Positions 28,490 through 37,555 of a DNA stretch of 64,000 nucleotides are shown here, one piece after another. Under the pieces are notes generated by a model. That model was given only the letters and a program-made list of their open reading frames with translations. It was not told the origin of the DNA and did no database searches. Each line of letters opens with the position of its first letter. The stretch's first letter is position 1. Source of the stretch: a bacterium (GTDB lineage: Bacteria; Patescibacteriota; Gracilibacteria; UBA4473); NCBI GenBank assembly GCA_018648585.1, contig JABGQW010000014.1:4782-68781 (forward strand), read 5' to 3'. Made by a program: the position numbers and the translations under genes.

Positions 28490-29179
28490 ATGTTTTGCCC
28501 AATCATCGCTCTCGACGGACTGGACGCCTGCGGAAAATCAACGCAGACAAAACTTTTGATCGAAAATCTGAAAAATCGCGGAATGCGCGTCGGATTTGTG
28601 CGATTTCCCGGGTACGAAAAAACGCCCGCTGGCAAACGCATCGCAGCGTACCTGCGCGGAGAATTTGGCGAAATGACGAAAATCGATCCGCGAATCGTCG
28701 CGACGATGTACGCCACCGATCGACTGGATCAAATCGAAGAAATTGAAAAATTGCGCACCGAAAATGATGTCATAATTTTTGATCGTGGAGTGAGTTCAAA
28801 TTTAATTTACACCCCCGCCCGCGGCGGAAAAAAATCTGAAATTTTGATGCTCGAAAAATTCGTCGAGCAGCTCGAGTACGAAATCAACGGATTTCCACGC
28901 GAATCGCTCGTGATTTTTTTGGACGCAAATCAGAACACACGACAAAAAATTCACGCCGCAAAAAACCGGCTCCCCGATCTGCACGAGGCGGACGAAAAAT
29001 ATTTGTTGCAAGTGCGCGAAGTCGCGATTGCACGGTGCGAAAAAGATTTTCGGTGGGTAAAAATTTCTGTCGATCACGCCGAAGAACTTCGACGCCGAGA
29101 AGAAATTGCGAACGAAATCTTGGATCTCGTACTCGAAAAACTACAGAAAAAAAACGTCGAACAGACAAAACTTTTGTAA
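28490..29179 (+). CDS. tmk: Thymidylate kinase
   Basis: DGLDACGKSTQ, RFPGY, YATDR, IIFDR, DLHE. Confidence 0.92.
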   Translation: MFCPIIALDGLDACGKSTQTKLLIENLKNRGMRVGFVRFPGYEKTPAGKRIAAYLRGEFGEMTKIDPRIVATMYATDRLDQIEEIEKLRTENDVIIFDRGVSSNLIYTPARGGKKSEILMLEKFVEQLEYEINGFPRESLVIFLDANQNTRQKIHAAKNRLPDLHEADEKYLLQVREVAIARCEKDFRWVKISVDHAEELRRREEIANEILDLVLEKLQKKNVEQTKLL

Positions 29180-29188
29180 TTTCAAAAA

Positions 29189-30031
29189 ATGGCAAAAATT
29201 ATTTCCGGGAAACAAATTGCCGAAAAAATAATTGAAACAGAACTCGTACCGCGAGTCGAAATTTTGAAAAAATCTGGCATCGTTCCAAAACTCGTCGTGG
29301 TGCTTGTGGGCGAACATCCCGCCAGCGCATCGTACGTAAAACAAAAAGAAAAATTCGCCGAAAAAGCTGGAATCCATTCCGAAATTCGCCGATTTTCTGA
29401 TGAAATTTCAGAAGCCGAAATCTTGGGGGAAATCGCAAAAATCAACGCCGATCCAAAAATTCACGGCGTGATCGTCCAACTGCCGGTTCCAGAAAAAATT
29501 TCGGTGCCAAAAATTTTGCGCGCGATCGATCCGCGAAAAGATGTCGACGGATTTACGCCTGAAAATATCGGGAAACTTTTTCTCGGCGAACCGTGTTTGG
29601 AGTGCTGCACGCCGAAAGGAATTATTCGAATGATCGAGGAATCAGGAGAAGTTTTGGAAGGAAAAAAAGTCGTCGTTGTCGGGCGATCAAACATCGTGGG
29701 AAAACCTGTCGCGGCGCTCGCACTCAATCGAAATGCGACCGTGACAATTTGTCATTCTCGAACAAAAAATTTGAACGACGAAATAAAAACGGCGGATATT
29801 TTGATCGTGGCGGTCGGGCGACCGAATTTTGTGCACGGCGACCAGATCAAATCTGGCTGCGTCGTGATCGACGTGGGAATTCACCGCACGGACGACGGGA
29901 AACTGTGTGGCGACGTGGATTTTGAAAGTGCAGAAAAAGTGGCGGCAAAAATCTCCCCCGTTCCTGGCGGAGTCGGCCCGATGACCGTCGTGAGTTTGAT
30001 TGGAAATACAGTCGAAGCAGCCGAAAACTAA
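29189..30031 (+). CDS. folD: Methylenetetrahydrofolate dehydrogenase/cyclohydrolase
   Basis: ASASYVKQK, HGVIVQLP, KDVDG, CTPKG, GRSNIVGKP, PVPGGVGPMT. Confidence 0.97.
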   Translation: MAKIISGKQIAEKIIETELVPRVEILKKSGIVPKLVVVLVGEHPASASYVKQKEKFAEKAGIHSEIRRFSDEISEAEILGEIAKINADPKIHGVIVQLPVPEKISVPKILRAIDPRKDVDGFTPENIGKLFLGEPCLECCTPKGIIRMIEESGEVLEGKKVVVVGRSNIVGKPVAALALNRNATVTICHSRTKNLNDEIKTADILIVAVGRPNFVHGDQIKSGCVVIDVGIHRTDDGKLCGDVDFESAEKVAAKISPVPGGVGPMTVVSLIGNTVEAAEN

Positions 30032-30258
30032 ATCCCGAAATGCACGGCTTCGTTCGAAGTTTCCCACGAATTTTTTCCGTAAAAAACAGCTCCCTCCGTG
30101 GCCGCCAAAACATCCTCCACAAAAGGCGCCGCATATTTTTCTGTTTCAGGTGAAAGATTCCCGAAAACAATTCCCGCCACCAATGGATCCGCCGTTTCTT
30201 GGTGATGCGCAAAATTTTCCGCATCCTCATTACTGTAGTCAATTTCATTTTCCATCAA
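30028..30258 (-). CDS. Small acidic hypothetical protein
   Basis: 76 aa acidic ORF directly downstream of the ion channel gene; convergent overlap with folD. Confidence 0.5.
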   Translation of the reverse strand: MMENEIDYSNEDAENFAHHQETADPLVAGIVFGNLSPETEKYAAPFVEDVLAATEGAVFYGKNSWETSNEAVHFGI

Positions 30259-30288
30259 TGACAGATATGAAATGCTTTCTTAAAAAAG

Positions 30289-31158
30289 TCAATTTTTCTT
30301 TTTCGGCGCCGGTTTCTTTTTTCGAATAACTTTGTCGTGCGGATGCAAATAATCCGCACTTCCAAGTTTGTTGACGTCGAGTGGATTTCCGCAGTTTTTA
30401 CAAAATTTTGCGTCGTGATCGTGATGCGGGTACCGACAAAAATCGCATTTGTGAACCCGTTTTCCAAAAAAGTGATCGATAAAAACTTTCGTCAAAATCG
30501 CCGTCATCAACGCAATCGTCGCCAACCCAAGAATCATCACGCAGCCCGCGACAAGTTTCCCGCCGACGGTCACCGGAACCGCGTCGCCGTACCCGACCGT
30601 CGTCACCGTCACGACCGCCCACCAGAGCGCTTCTGGAACCGTGGAAAAATCCGGATTGTGCTGATGTTCAAACGCAAAAAGTCCGAGCGCGCTCGTAAAA
30701 ACAACAATTCCAAACGTGATTCCAAAAATTCGCAGTTCGTCGCGGTAGTACCGAAACGATCGCAAAAACGTCAACATCAAATCCGAGTACCGAATTGTTT
30801 TCAACATTTGCAAAATGCGGAAAACGCGGAACCACCGGAGAAATGTAATATTGAGCACCCCAGAAAAAAGCGGCAAAATCACGAGCAGATCAATAATTCC
30901 GAGAAACGAACAAACAAAACGGGTTCGATTTCGCGCGATTAAAATTCTCAAAAAATACTCCAACGCAAAAATAGTCAAAACAATTGTGTCGAGAATGTGA
31001 AAAATTTTTCGGTACGGCTGAAAAAATGGAAGATTTTCGAGCACGAAGATTCCCGTCGAAATCCCAATCAAAACAATTAAAAGAACACCAAACCATCTCC
31101 CAGCGCGAGATTCGTGGTTTTCGAGAAGATCGGTCAACAGTTGCCGAATTTTTTTCAT
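30289..31158 (-). CDS. Voltage-gated potassium channel (ion transporter) with C-terminal zinc ribbon
   Basis: S4 LRWFRVFRILQ, pore WWAVVTVTTVGYGD, C-terminal CDFC...FCKNCG. Confidence 0.94.
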   Translation of the reverse strand: MKKIRQLLTDLLENHESRAGRWFGVLLIVLIGISTGIFVLENLPFFQPYRKIFHILDTIVLTIFALEYFLRILIARNRTRFVCSFLGIIDLLVILPLFSGVLNITFLRWFRVFRILQMLKTIRYSDLMLTFLRSFRYYRDELRIFGITFGIVVFTSALGLFAFEHQHNPDFSTVPEALWWAVVTVTTVGYGDAVPVTVGGKLVAGCVMILGLATIALMTAILTKVFIDHFFGKRVHKCDFCRYPHHDHDAKFCKNCGNPLDVNKLGSADYLHPHDKVIRKKKPAPKKKN

Positions 31159-31230
31159 ATTTGTTTCTCGTAAATTTTGCCAAATTTTACAAACTTTGCC
31201 AAACTCACTTCACTTCACAGAAATGGGAAA

Positions 31231-32037
31231 ATGCTGAAAATTACAGATCTCGAGGCCAAATTCGAATCCACATCAATTCTTCGAAACATTTCGTTGGAAA
31301 TAAAACCGGGAGAAACGCACGTAATTTTGGGGCCAAACGGCGCAGGAAAATCAACGCTCGGGCGCATACTTCTCGGCGATCCACAGTACGAAATCTCGAA
31401 CGGATCGATCACATTTTTTGATCAGGATTTCCTAGATTTAAAAACGCACGAGCGCGCGCGTCTCGGATTTTTTTTGAGTTTTCAGTCTCCACCAGAAATC
31501 GAAGGCGTGAGCGCGAACGAACTTTTATTTTCGGCAAAAAAATCTCTCGATCCCGATTTTGTGTCGAGTTTTCGATTTCAAAAATCACTCGCAGAAAATT
31601 TGAAAAAAGTGCACCTGCCGGAAAATTTTTCTGAACGAGCAATGCACCGCGGCGCGTCCGGCGGCGAGCGAAAAAAAATGGAAGTCGCGTCGATGCTCGC
31701 ACTCGATCCGAAACTCGTTTTTTTGGATGAAATTGATTCTGGGATCGACATCGACGGAATGAAATCGATCGGCTCGGCGCTGCGAGACTTTTTGGGGAAT
31801 CCGGAAAAATCCGCGATCATCGTCAGCCACACGGAGAAATTTTTGCAGGAAATTTTTGAAAACGAATCCGCTCAAAACCTGCACGTTCACGTGCTCTGCG
31901 GCGGAACGATCGTTCGCTCCGGCGACGGAAAATTGATCGCGGAAGTCCACCGCGACGGCTACTGCCCATTTTTGAAAAAAGACGAAAAAACCTGCCCGCT
32001 CAAAATTTTGAACAATTTTAGTGATCAAAAAAAATGA
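31231..32037 (+). CDS. sufC: Fe-S assembly ATPase SufC
   Basis: GPNGAGKSTL, ERARLGFFLSFQSPPEIEGV, SGGERKKME, LDEIDSGIDID. Confidence 0.95.
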   Translation: MLKITDLEAKFESTSILRNISLEIKPGETHVILGPNGAGKSTLGRILLGDPQYEISNGSITFFDQDFLDLKTHERARLGFFLSFQSPPEIEGVSANELLFSAKKSLDPDFVSSFRFQKSLAENLKKVHLPENFSERAMHRGASGGERKKMEVASMLALDPKLVFLDEIDSGIDIDGMKSIGSALRDFLGNPEKSAIIVSHTEKFLQEIFENESAQNLHVHVLCGGTIVRSGDGKLIAEVHRDGYCPFLKKDEKTCPLKILNNFSDQKK

Positions 32038-33443
32038 ACGATTCGCCGCTCAATTTTGATGATTTACAAACGTCGGATCTTCGCACTGGAAATGATCAAA
32101 CGTACGCGGAGAAATTCGATCGCGGACTGAACAAAAAACTTGTACAAAAAATTTCTTCGGGAAAAAATGAACCCGACTGGCTGCTAAAAATTCGGCTCGC
32201 CGCGCTGGAACATTTTGAAGAAATGCCGCTCCCCGCCTGGGGGCCGAGTTTGGAAAAATTGGATTTGGAAAAAATTCGATATTTCACTTCCGCCAGCGAT
32301 CGCCAAAACGCGAAATCCTGGGACGAAGTCGATCCAGAAATTAAAAAAACTTTTGAAAAATTAAAAATTCCCGAAGCCGAACGCGCCGTCCTTGCGGGCG
32401 CCGGAGCGCAGTACGAAAGTGAAAACGTGTATCACTCACTCAAACCCGAGTGGGAAAAGATAGGCGTGATTTTTGAAGATTTTGACGTCGCCGTGAAAAA
32501 ATATCCGGAACTCGTACGGAAATATTTTAGAAAGTGCGTGCCGATCGCCGATCACAAATTTGCCGCGCTGCACTTCGCTGTTTTTTCCGGCGGAACATTT
32601 TTGTTCGTACCAAAAAACGTGAAAATTTCGCAGCCGCTGCAGGCGTATTTTCGGATGAATTCGATGAATCAGGGACAATTTGAACACACGCTGATCGTCG
32701 TGGAAAACGGCGCCGACGCGCACTACATCGAGGGTTGCTCCGCTCCAAAATACGGGAGTGAAAGTTTGCACGCGGGCTGCGTGGAAATTTTTGTCGGAGA
32801 AAATGCAAAAATGCGGTACTCGTCCGTGGAAAATTGGTCGGCCGACACTTTTAATTTGAACACAAAAAGAGCTCTTGTTCAAAAAAATGGAACGATAGAG
32901 TGGGTCGGCGGAAATCTCGGATCCGGCACCACAATGCTGTACCCGTGCTCCGTTCTCACGGGAGAAAATTCGCGCGCAAATCATCTCGGAATCGCGTTCG
33001 CCGGAAAAAAACAAAACCAAGACACCGGCGCAAAAATTCTCATTTCTGGAAAAAATTGTCGCGGCTCCGTAATTTCAAAAAGTCTGTCAAAAGACGGCGG
33101 AACCAGCACGTACCGCGGAATTGTGAAAATTGGAAAATCCGCAGAAAACGCGATCGTCAACGTCGAGTGCGACGCGCTGCTGCTCGATGAAATTTCAACT
33201 TCGGACACCGTGCCACAAATCCAAGTCGAAAACCCGACAGCGTCCGTCACGCACGAGGCGAGCGCGGGAAAAATTTCCGAAGAACTGCTCCTGTATTTTC
33301 AGAGTCGCGGGCTCGACGAAGAAACCGCGAAAGGAATCGTCGTCAACGGATTTCTCGATGAAGTTGTCCGCACGCTTCCCCTCGAATTTGCCTCCGAACT
33401 CAACCGGCTGATCGAGCTCGAGATGGAGGGCAGTGTGGGGTGA
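32034..33443 (+). CDS. sufB: Fe-S assembly protein SufB
   Basis: GAGAQYESE, PLQAYFRMN, GQFEHTLI, HYIEGCSAP, ELNRLIELEMEGSVG. Confidence 0.97.
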   Translation: MNDSPLNFDDLQTSDLRTGNDQTYAEKFDRGLNKKLVQKISSGKNEPDWLLKIRLAALEHFEEMPLPAWGPSLEKLDLEKIRYFTSASDRQNAKSWDEVDPEIKKTFEKLKIPEAERAVLAGAGAQYESENVYHSLKPEWEKIGVIFEDFDVAVKKYPELVRKYFRKCVPIADHKFAALHFAVFSGGTFLFVPKNVKISQPLQAYFRMNSMNQGQFEHTLIVVENGADAHYIEGCSAPKYGSESLHAGCVEIFVGENAKMRYSSVENWSADTFNLNTKRALVQKNGTIEWVGGNLGSGTTMLYPCSVLTGENSRANHLGIAFAGKKQNQDTGAKILISGKNCRGSVISKSLSKDGGTSTYRGIVKIGKSAENAIVNVECDALLLDEISTSDTVPQIQVENPTASVTHEASAGKISEELLLYFQSRGLDEETAKGIVVNGFLDEVVRTLPLEFASELNRLIELEMEGSVG

Positions 33444-33462
33444 TTATTTTTTCAAATAATTC

Positions 33463-36400
33463 CTACAAATTTTCCAATTCTTCATCCAACTGTTTTTCAA
33501 GCTCAGCTTGCTCTTGTTCTATTTTTTCTAGCTCTTTTTGTAGTCGATCCTGTTCACGTTTTTGTCGCTCGCCTACACGTTGATCACGATTTTTTCGCGC
33601 CAATTTAGATTTTTTCAATAAATTTTCTTCCAACAAAACTTTTTTCTCTTTTGCCAGACTCAATCGCTTTTGCGCAATATCTTTTTTGGTTGCGACAATT
33701 TTCTTTTTCACCTCTGCATTTGGTCCAGTCAAATCCGCGATGGCTGCACAGTCTGCTTCCGATTTTTTCAATTCTTCTTCGTACTGCTTGATCTCCACAT
33801 CGAGTTTGCTCTCCGAATCCAAACCGTTCTTTTTAACATCTTCAAATGTCGCTCGATCATTTTCAAATTTTTTCCGCGCCACTCGATCGTTGTGATTGGC
33901 CGTGGCGACACCAGCGTAAGCCAAACCTGTTCCAACTGCTGCAGCTGCCACACTTCGACCATCTGCAAAACGGATCGTTGAACTTATTGGCACTGGTGGT
34001 TTTCTCAATAACTGGGCTTTTTTCATTGCGCTTGTCATTTTTCGAGTATGCTTCGCAATTGTATTTGTGATACCTGCCGCACGTGGCCTTGGAAACATAC
34101 TTTTCAAATTTCTAATAATCACTCTGTGATTCAAGGCTTCCGCAATCAATGATCTTGATTGTGCTACAGCAGAAGGTGTTCCCGAATGCAAACGTCGTGC
34201 CTCTTTAAAAGCTGTTTGCATTTTTTGTGTATATCTAGCAATTTTACTCGGAGAAGCACCCTTTGCACGTAACTTATGAATTTTACTTCTATATTTTGCA
34301 GCTTTTCTAAATAAATTCTCAGATCGAATAATATTAAATTCTGCTTTTTTCCACGCCGAAGGTTTCAATATTTTTTCAACGTTTTTCCCCAAACGGCTTG
34401 TCGATTTAACCCATTTCAAAGGCTTCAATCCCCAGCGCAACGACGTGAGCGCCAAATCTCCAGCCATCCCCAACGGACGTTTCCCCACTTTTGCCAACCG
34501 TTTTCCCAAACCAGACACCCTGGAAGAAACTCCCGCTGGAATTTTTACAACTGTTCCCATTTTTCCAGTAACTTTTGAAACCGCTGCAGCCATTTTTCCA
34601 ACACGACCTGCTACTCCAGCTCCACGCACAGCACCTGCTGCACCACCAGTGAAAAGAAATGATGCAACATTCCCCGCAATTTCTCCTGCGGCCGCCCATC
34701 CTTCTCCGTTTTCTCTCGCTTCTTTTGCCGTCAATGCATCAATCAACCCATCTCGTGCTTTGCTTGAATATTCCCAATTTCCCCAAGAATCCGCAGAAAA
34801 AATACCGCCATTTCCTGGCTCATACCCAACCGACAAACTCAAAAGCCCTTCCACAACTTTGTCCGGATCAGTGATCAATGTTCCCACTCCGTCGACCAAT
34901 CCGCCAGCGGCACGAAGAACTCCTCCCACAACTCCAATCACCGGAATTTTTGCAAGTTTATCTCCAGCCCAGTTCAAACCTTTTGAAACATTTTTTGTTA
35001 AATATCCAACCGACATGTCCAAAACAGTTGGCGACATAATTTTGAGCCCATGAATGCAACTCGCTGAATCGTACGCTGCCGCCAACGCGAGATCCGTCTG
35101 TGGCGACACTTCCATCACCGAAGATTGAACTTTTGCGTCCAACTCATCCACCGAGGGCTGAATCGCATCTTTTGTTGTTTTTTCAAGATTTTCGACCATC
35201 TGATCTACCAACGATTTCCACGGCTCCACCGCCGGATCAACTCCCGCTGGCAAAGTACTTTCAACAGACGCACGAATTCCTTGCGTTGCCGTTTCTGCAG
35301 AATTTGTTTTTAAATCCGCAGAACTGGTCGTCAATTTATCTCCGTACGCATCAAGCAAATCTTTTTTCACTTCGAGATCTGAAATTTTATTGTCAAACTG
35401 TCCCTGAAAAACATCGCGTTCCTGCTGTAATTTTTCAGCACGACTGTCGCCGAACCAATCGGCTGGACGTTTCTTGTTTTTCTTAATTCCAAGTCCTTCC
35501 AATCCCCAACACCCAAAATCAAGAAGGGCGCCCGGGAGAATCGCCACCGAAGCGGCAATACAACGTCCAGCATTTAGAAATGAAAGTTCTGTTTTTTCGT
35601 CTTCAAATTTCGCTATTTTTTCTGCAAATTCTGATCCACGCTCCTGCAAAAAGTCTACCTCCATCCCCATTTTTGCAGACTCGATTCGGTGCTGCACAAA
35701 TCCTTTTTGAACATCATCGTACGATGCTGGATCTGGTGGATCGAGCGCCAACGGCGAAACTTCAAATTTTTCGATCGATTTTTTTCCTGCTAATTCTTTT
35801 TCAAAATCTGCAACTGCCGTTTTAATCTGCTCATCAATTTTCCCCAATTCTTCTTGTTGTTGTTTTGCGTTTTCTTGAATTTCTTCTGTTTGCTTTTTTT
35901 CAATTGTTTCGAGATCTCCTCGTAATTTTTTTTCTGTTTCTTTTTCGGTGTACACTTTTTCTTTTGCTTCAAAATCAGTTTTTATTTTTTCAAGCTGTTC
36001 GGATGTCGCACCAGCTTTTTCTGCAGCAGTGATTGCTGCGCGAGCGGCACCAACTTGTGTTTTTATTTCCGGTAAATTTTCAAGCGTCGGCTCCCCGATC
36101 GCATCGACCATTGTTCGCGCTTCGTTTAATTTTTTCTGAATATTTTCTTTTTTCTCAATTTTCACTTTTTCTTTTTCTCGTGCTTCGATCGCTTCAATTT
36201 TTTTCAAAAGCGCGTCCATTTTTGGTTTCAATTTTTTGTACTCGGACGATGGAAGCTTGTTCACACGCGCGTGCAATTTATTCCAATCGGTACGAAGTTT
36301 TGAAGATGGAATTTTTGAAATCCCGCTGAGCACATCTGAAACATTTCGACTCAATTCATTGAACGCGTCGTTGACTTCGCGCGTTTCAATGACTTCTGCC

Positions 36401-36939
36401 GCGGTAAAATTTTCGTGATTTTCATGCCCGCTCCCGTTTCCATTTTCGTGATTTCCATTCTCGTTCCCGCCTCCATTCCCATTTCCATGATTTCCGTTCC
36501 CGTTTCCATTCTCAACAATAATGCCATTCACGCGCGACTTCACCGCGTCGACTGCCACCACCACTTGATTCGCCAGTTGCTCCAATTCAAATTTGCTTCC
36601 TTTCGCTTTAAAAAGTGCATCCTCCGACGGACCGCCGACGATGAATTTTTGTTTTCGGTACGTATTTTCAAGAACGGTCTGGTCTTTTCCCCCACGACGC
36701 ATCACCGGATTTCTTTTCTCAATATTCCAATTTTCCCCGGAGCGCGCCTCCAATTCCATCTCCAAATTTCGCAGATCCGTCCCAGTCATCGCCCGAACTT
36801 TTTCGAACGCTTCCCGTTGCGCAGAACTTTTGAGAATCATCTCGTCCGCCTGTTTTTGAGGTTTTTTGTAATATTTATCTTTGAAGATAAATCGCGCGGC
36901 AGGCGCATCATTTCCGAAATTGGCAAACATTTTTTTCAT
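33463..36939 (-). CDS. Large (~1158 aa) coiled-coil protein with Gly/Ala-rich hydrophobic region; possible effector or toxin
   Basis: Long ORF; GN/H low-complexity tract; long coiled coils; AAGEIAGNVASFLFTGGAAGAVRGAGVAG segment; no Sec signal peptide. Confidence 0.8.
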   Translation of the reverse strand: MKKMFANFGNDAPAARFIFKDKYYKKPQKQADEMILKSSAQREAFEKVRAMTGTDLRNLEMELEARSGENWNIEKRNPVMRRGGKDQTVLENTYRKQKFIVGGPSEDALFKAKGSKFELEQLANQVVVAVDAVKSRVNGIIVENGNGNGNHGNGNGGGNENGNHENGNGSGHENHENFTAAEVIETREVNDAFNELSRNVSDVLSGISKIPSSKLRTDWNKLHARVNKLPSSEYKKLKPKMDALLKKIEAIEAREKEKVKIEKKENIQKKLNEARTMVDAIGEPTLENLPEIKTQVGAARAAITAAEKAGATSEQLEKIKTDFEAKEKVYTEKETEKKLRGDLETIEKKQTEEIQENAKQQQEELGKIDEQIKTAVADFEKELAGKKSIEKFEVSPLALDPPDPASYDDVQKGFVQHRIESAKMGMEVDFLQERGSEFAEKIAKFEDEKTELSFLNAGRCIAASVAILPGALLDFGCWGLEGLGIKKNKKRPADWFGDSRAEKLQQERDVFQGQFDNKISDLEVKKDLLDAYGDKLTTSSADLKTNSAETATQGIRASVESTLPAGVDPAVEPWKSLVDQMVENLEKTTKDAIQPSVDELDAKVQSSVMEVSPQTDLALAAAYDSASCIHGLKIMSPTVLDMSVGYLTKNVSKGLNWAGDKLAKIPVIGVVGGVLRAAGGLVDGVGTLITDPDKVVEGLLSLSVGYEPGNGGIFSADSWGNWEYSSKARDGLIDALTAKEARENGEGWAAAGEIAGNVASFLFTGGAAGAVRGAGVAGRVGKMAAAVSKVTGKMGTVVKIPAGVSSRVSGLGKRLAKVGKRPLGMAGDLALTSLRWGLKPLKWVKSTSRLGKNVEKILKPSAWKKAEFNIIRSENLFRKAAKYRSKIHKLRAKGASPSKIARYTQKMQTAFKEARRLHSGTPSAVAQSRSLIAEALNHRVIIRNLKSMFPRPRAAGITNTIAKHTRKMTSAMKKAQLLRKPPVPISSTIRFADGRSVAAAAVGTGLAYAGVATANHNDRVARKKFENDRATFEDVKKNGLDSESKLDVEIKQYEEELKKSEADCAAIADLTGPNAEVKKKIVATKKDIAQKRLSLAKEKKVLLEENLLKKSKLARKNRDQRVGERQKREQDRLQKELEKIEQEQAELEKQLDEELENL
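36410..36513 (-). repeat. Low-complexity Gly-Asn-His coding repeat
   Basis: Encodes ENGNGNGNHGNGNGGGNENGNHENGNGSGHENHEN. Confidence 0.8.
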
Positions 36940-37027
36940 GCAAATGTGCAAAAAATCAAATCATTTTACCAGAAATTCTTTGAAAAATCAACTCGCATTT
37001 TGGAAAAAAAATGGCACACTCGCCGCG

Positions 37028-37555
37028 ATGAAATTGGAAAATCCGAGCGGAGAAAAAAAAGTTGTGGTGCAAAAAAATGAGTCGCTCGAAATTTTTTTGG
37101 AAGATTTTGCGCCAGGATCGCGAGAATTTTTTTTGGAAATTGAGCTCGCGGAAAATAATTCTCGGTGCAAAATTTTTGGACGCACGCACGCAAAAAATTC
37201 AGATAAAAAATCGTGGACAATCGTTCAAAATTTCAACGGAAAAAATCAGATCGGTCAAATCGAACTCCGCGGAGTCGCAGAAAACAAAAGTCATCTCGAA
37301 CTCAACGCGACCGGAATTTTGGAAAAAAAGTCAGTCGACGCGAACGCACGAATTTCAGAAAAAATACTTCTTTTTGACGATGCTCGCGGACGCGCGCTGC
37401 CAATTTTGACGGTAAAAACAGATCACGTAAAATCCGCATCACACGCAGCATCGATCACTCCGGTGAATGACGAAAATTTACTTTTTCTCACTTCTCGCGG
37501 AATCTCCCCCGACAAAGCACGACAAATTTTAAAAAATGGCTTTTTACACAAGTGA
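37028..37555 (+). CDS. sufD: Short SufD-like protein (SufBD core)
   Basis: LRGVAENKS...EKILL...ALPILTV...ASHAASI...LLFLTSRGISPDKARQILKNGFL. Confidence 0.85.
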   Translation: MKLENPSGEKKVVVQKNESLEIFLEDFAPGSREFFLEIELAENNSRCKIFGRTHAKNSDKKSWTIVQNFNGKNQIGQIELRGVAENKSHLELNATGILEKKSVDANARISEKILLFDDARGRALPILTVKTDHVKSASHAASITPVNDENLLFLTSRGISPDKARQILKNGFLHK

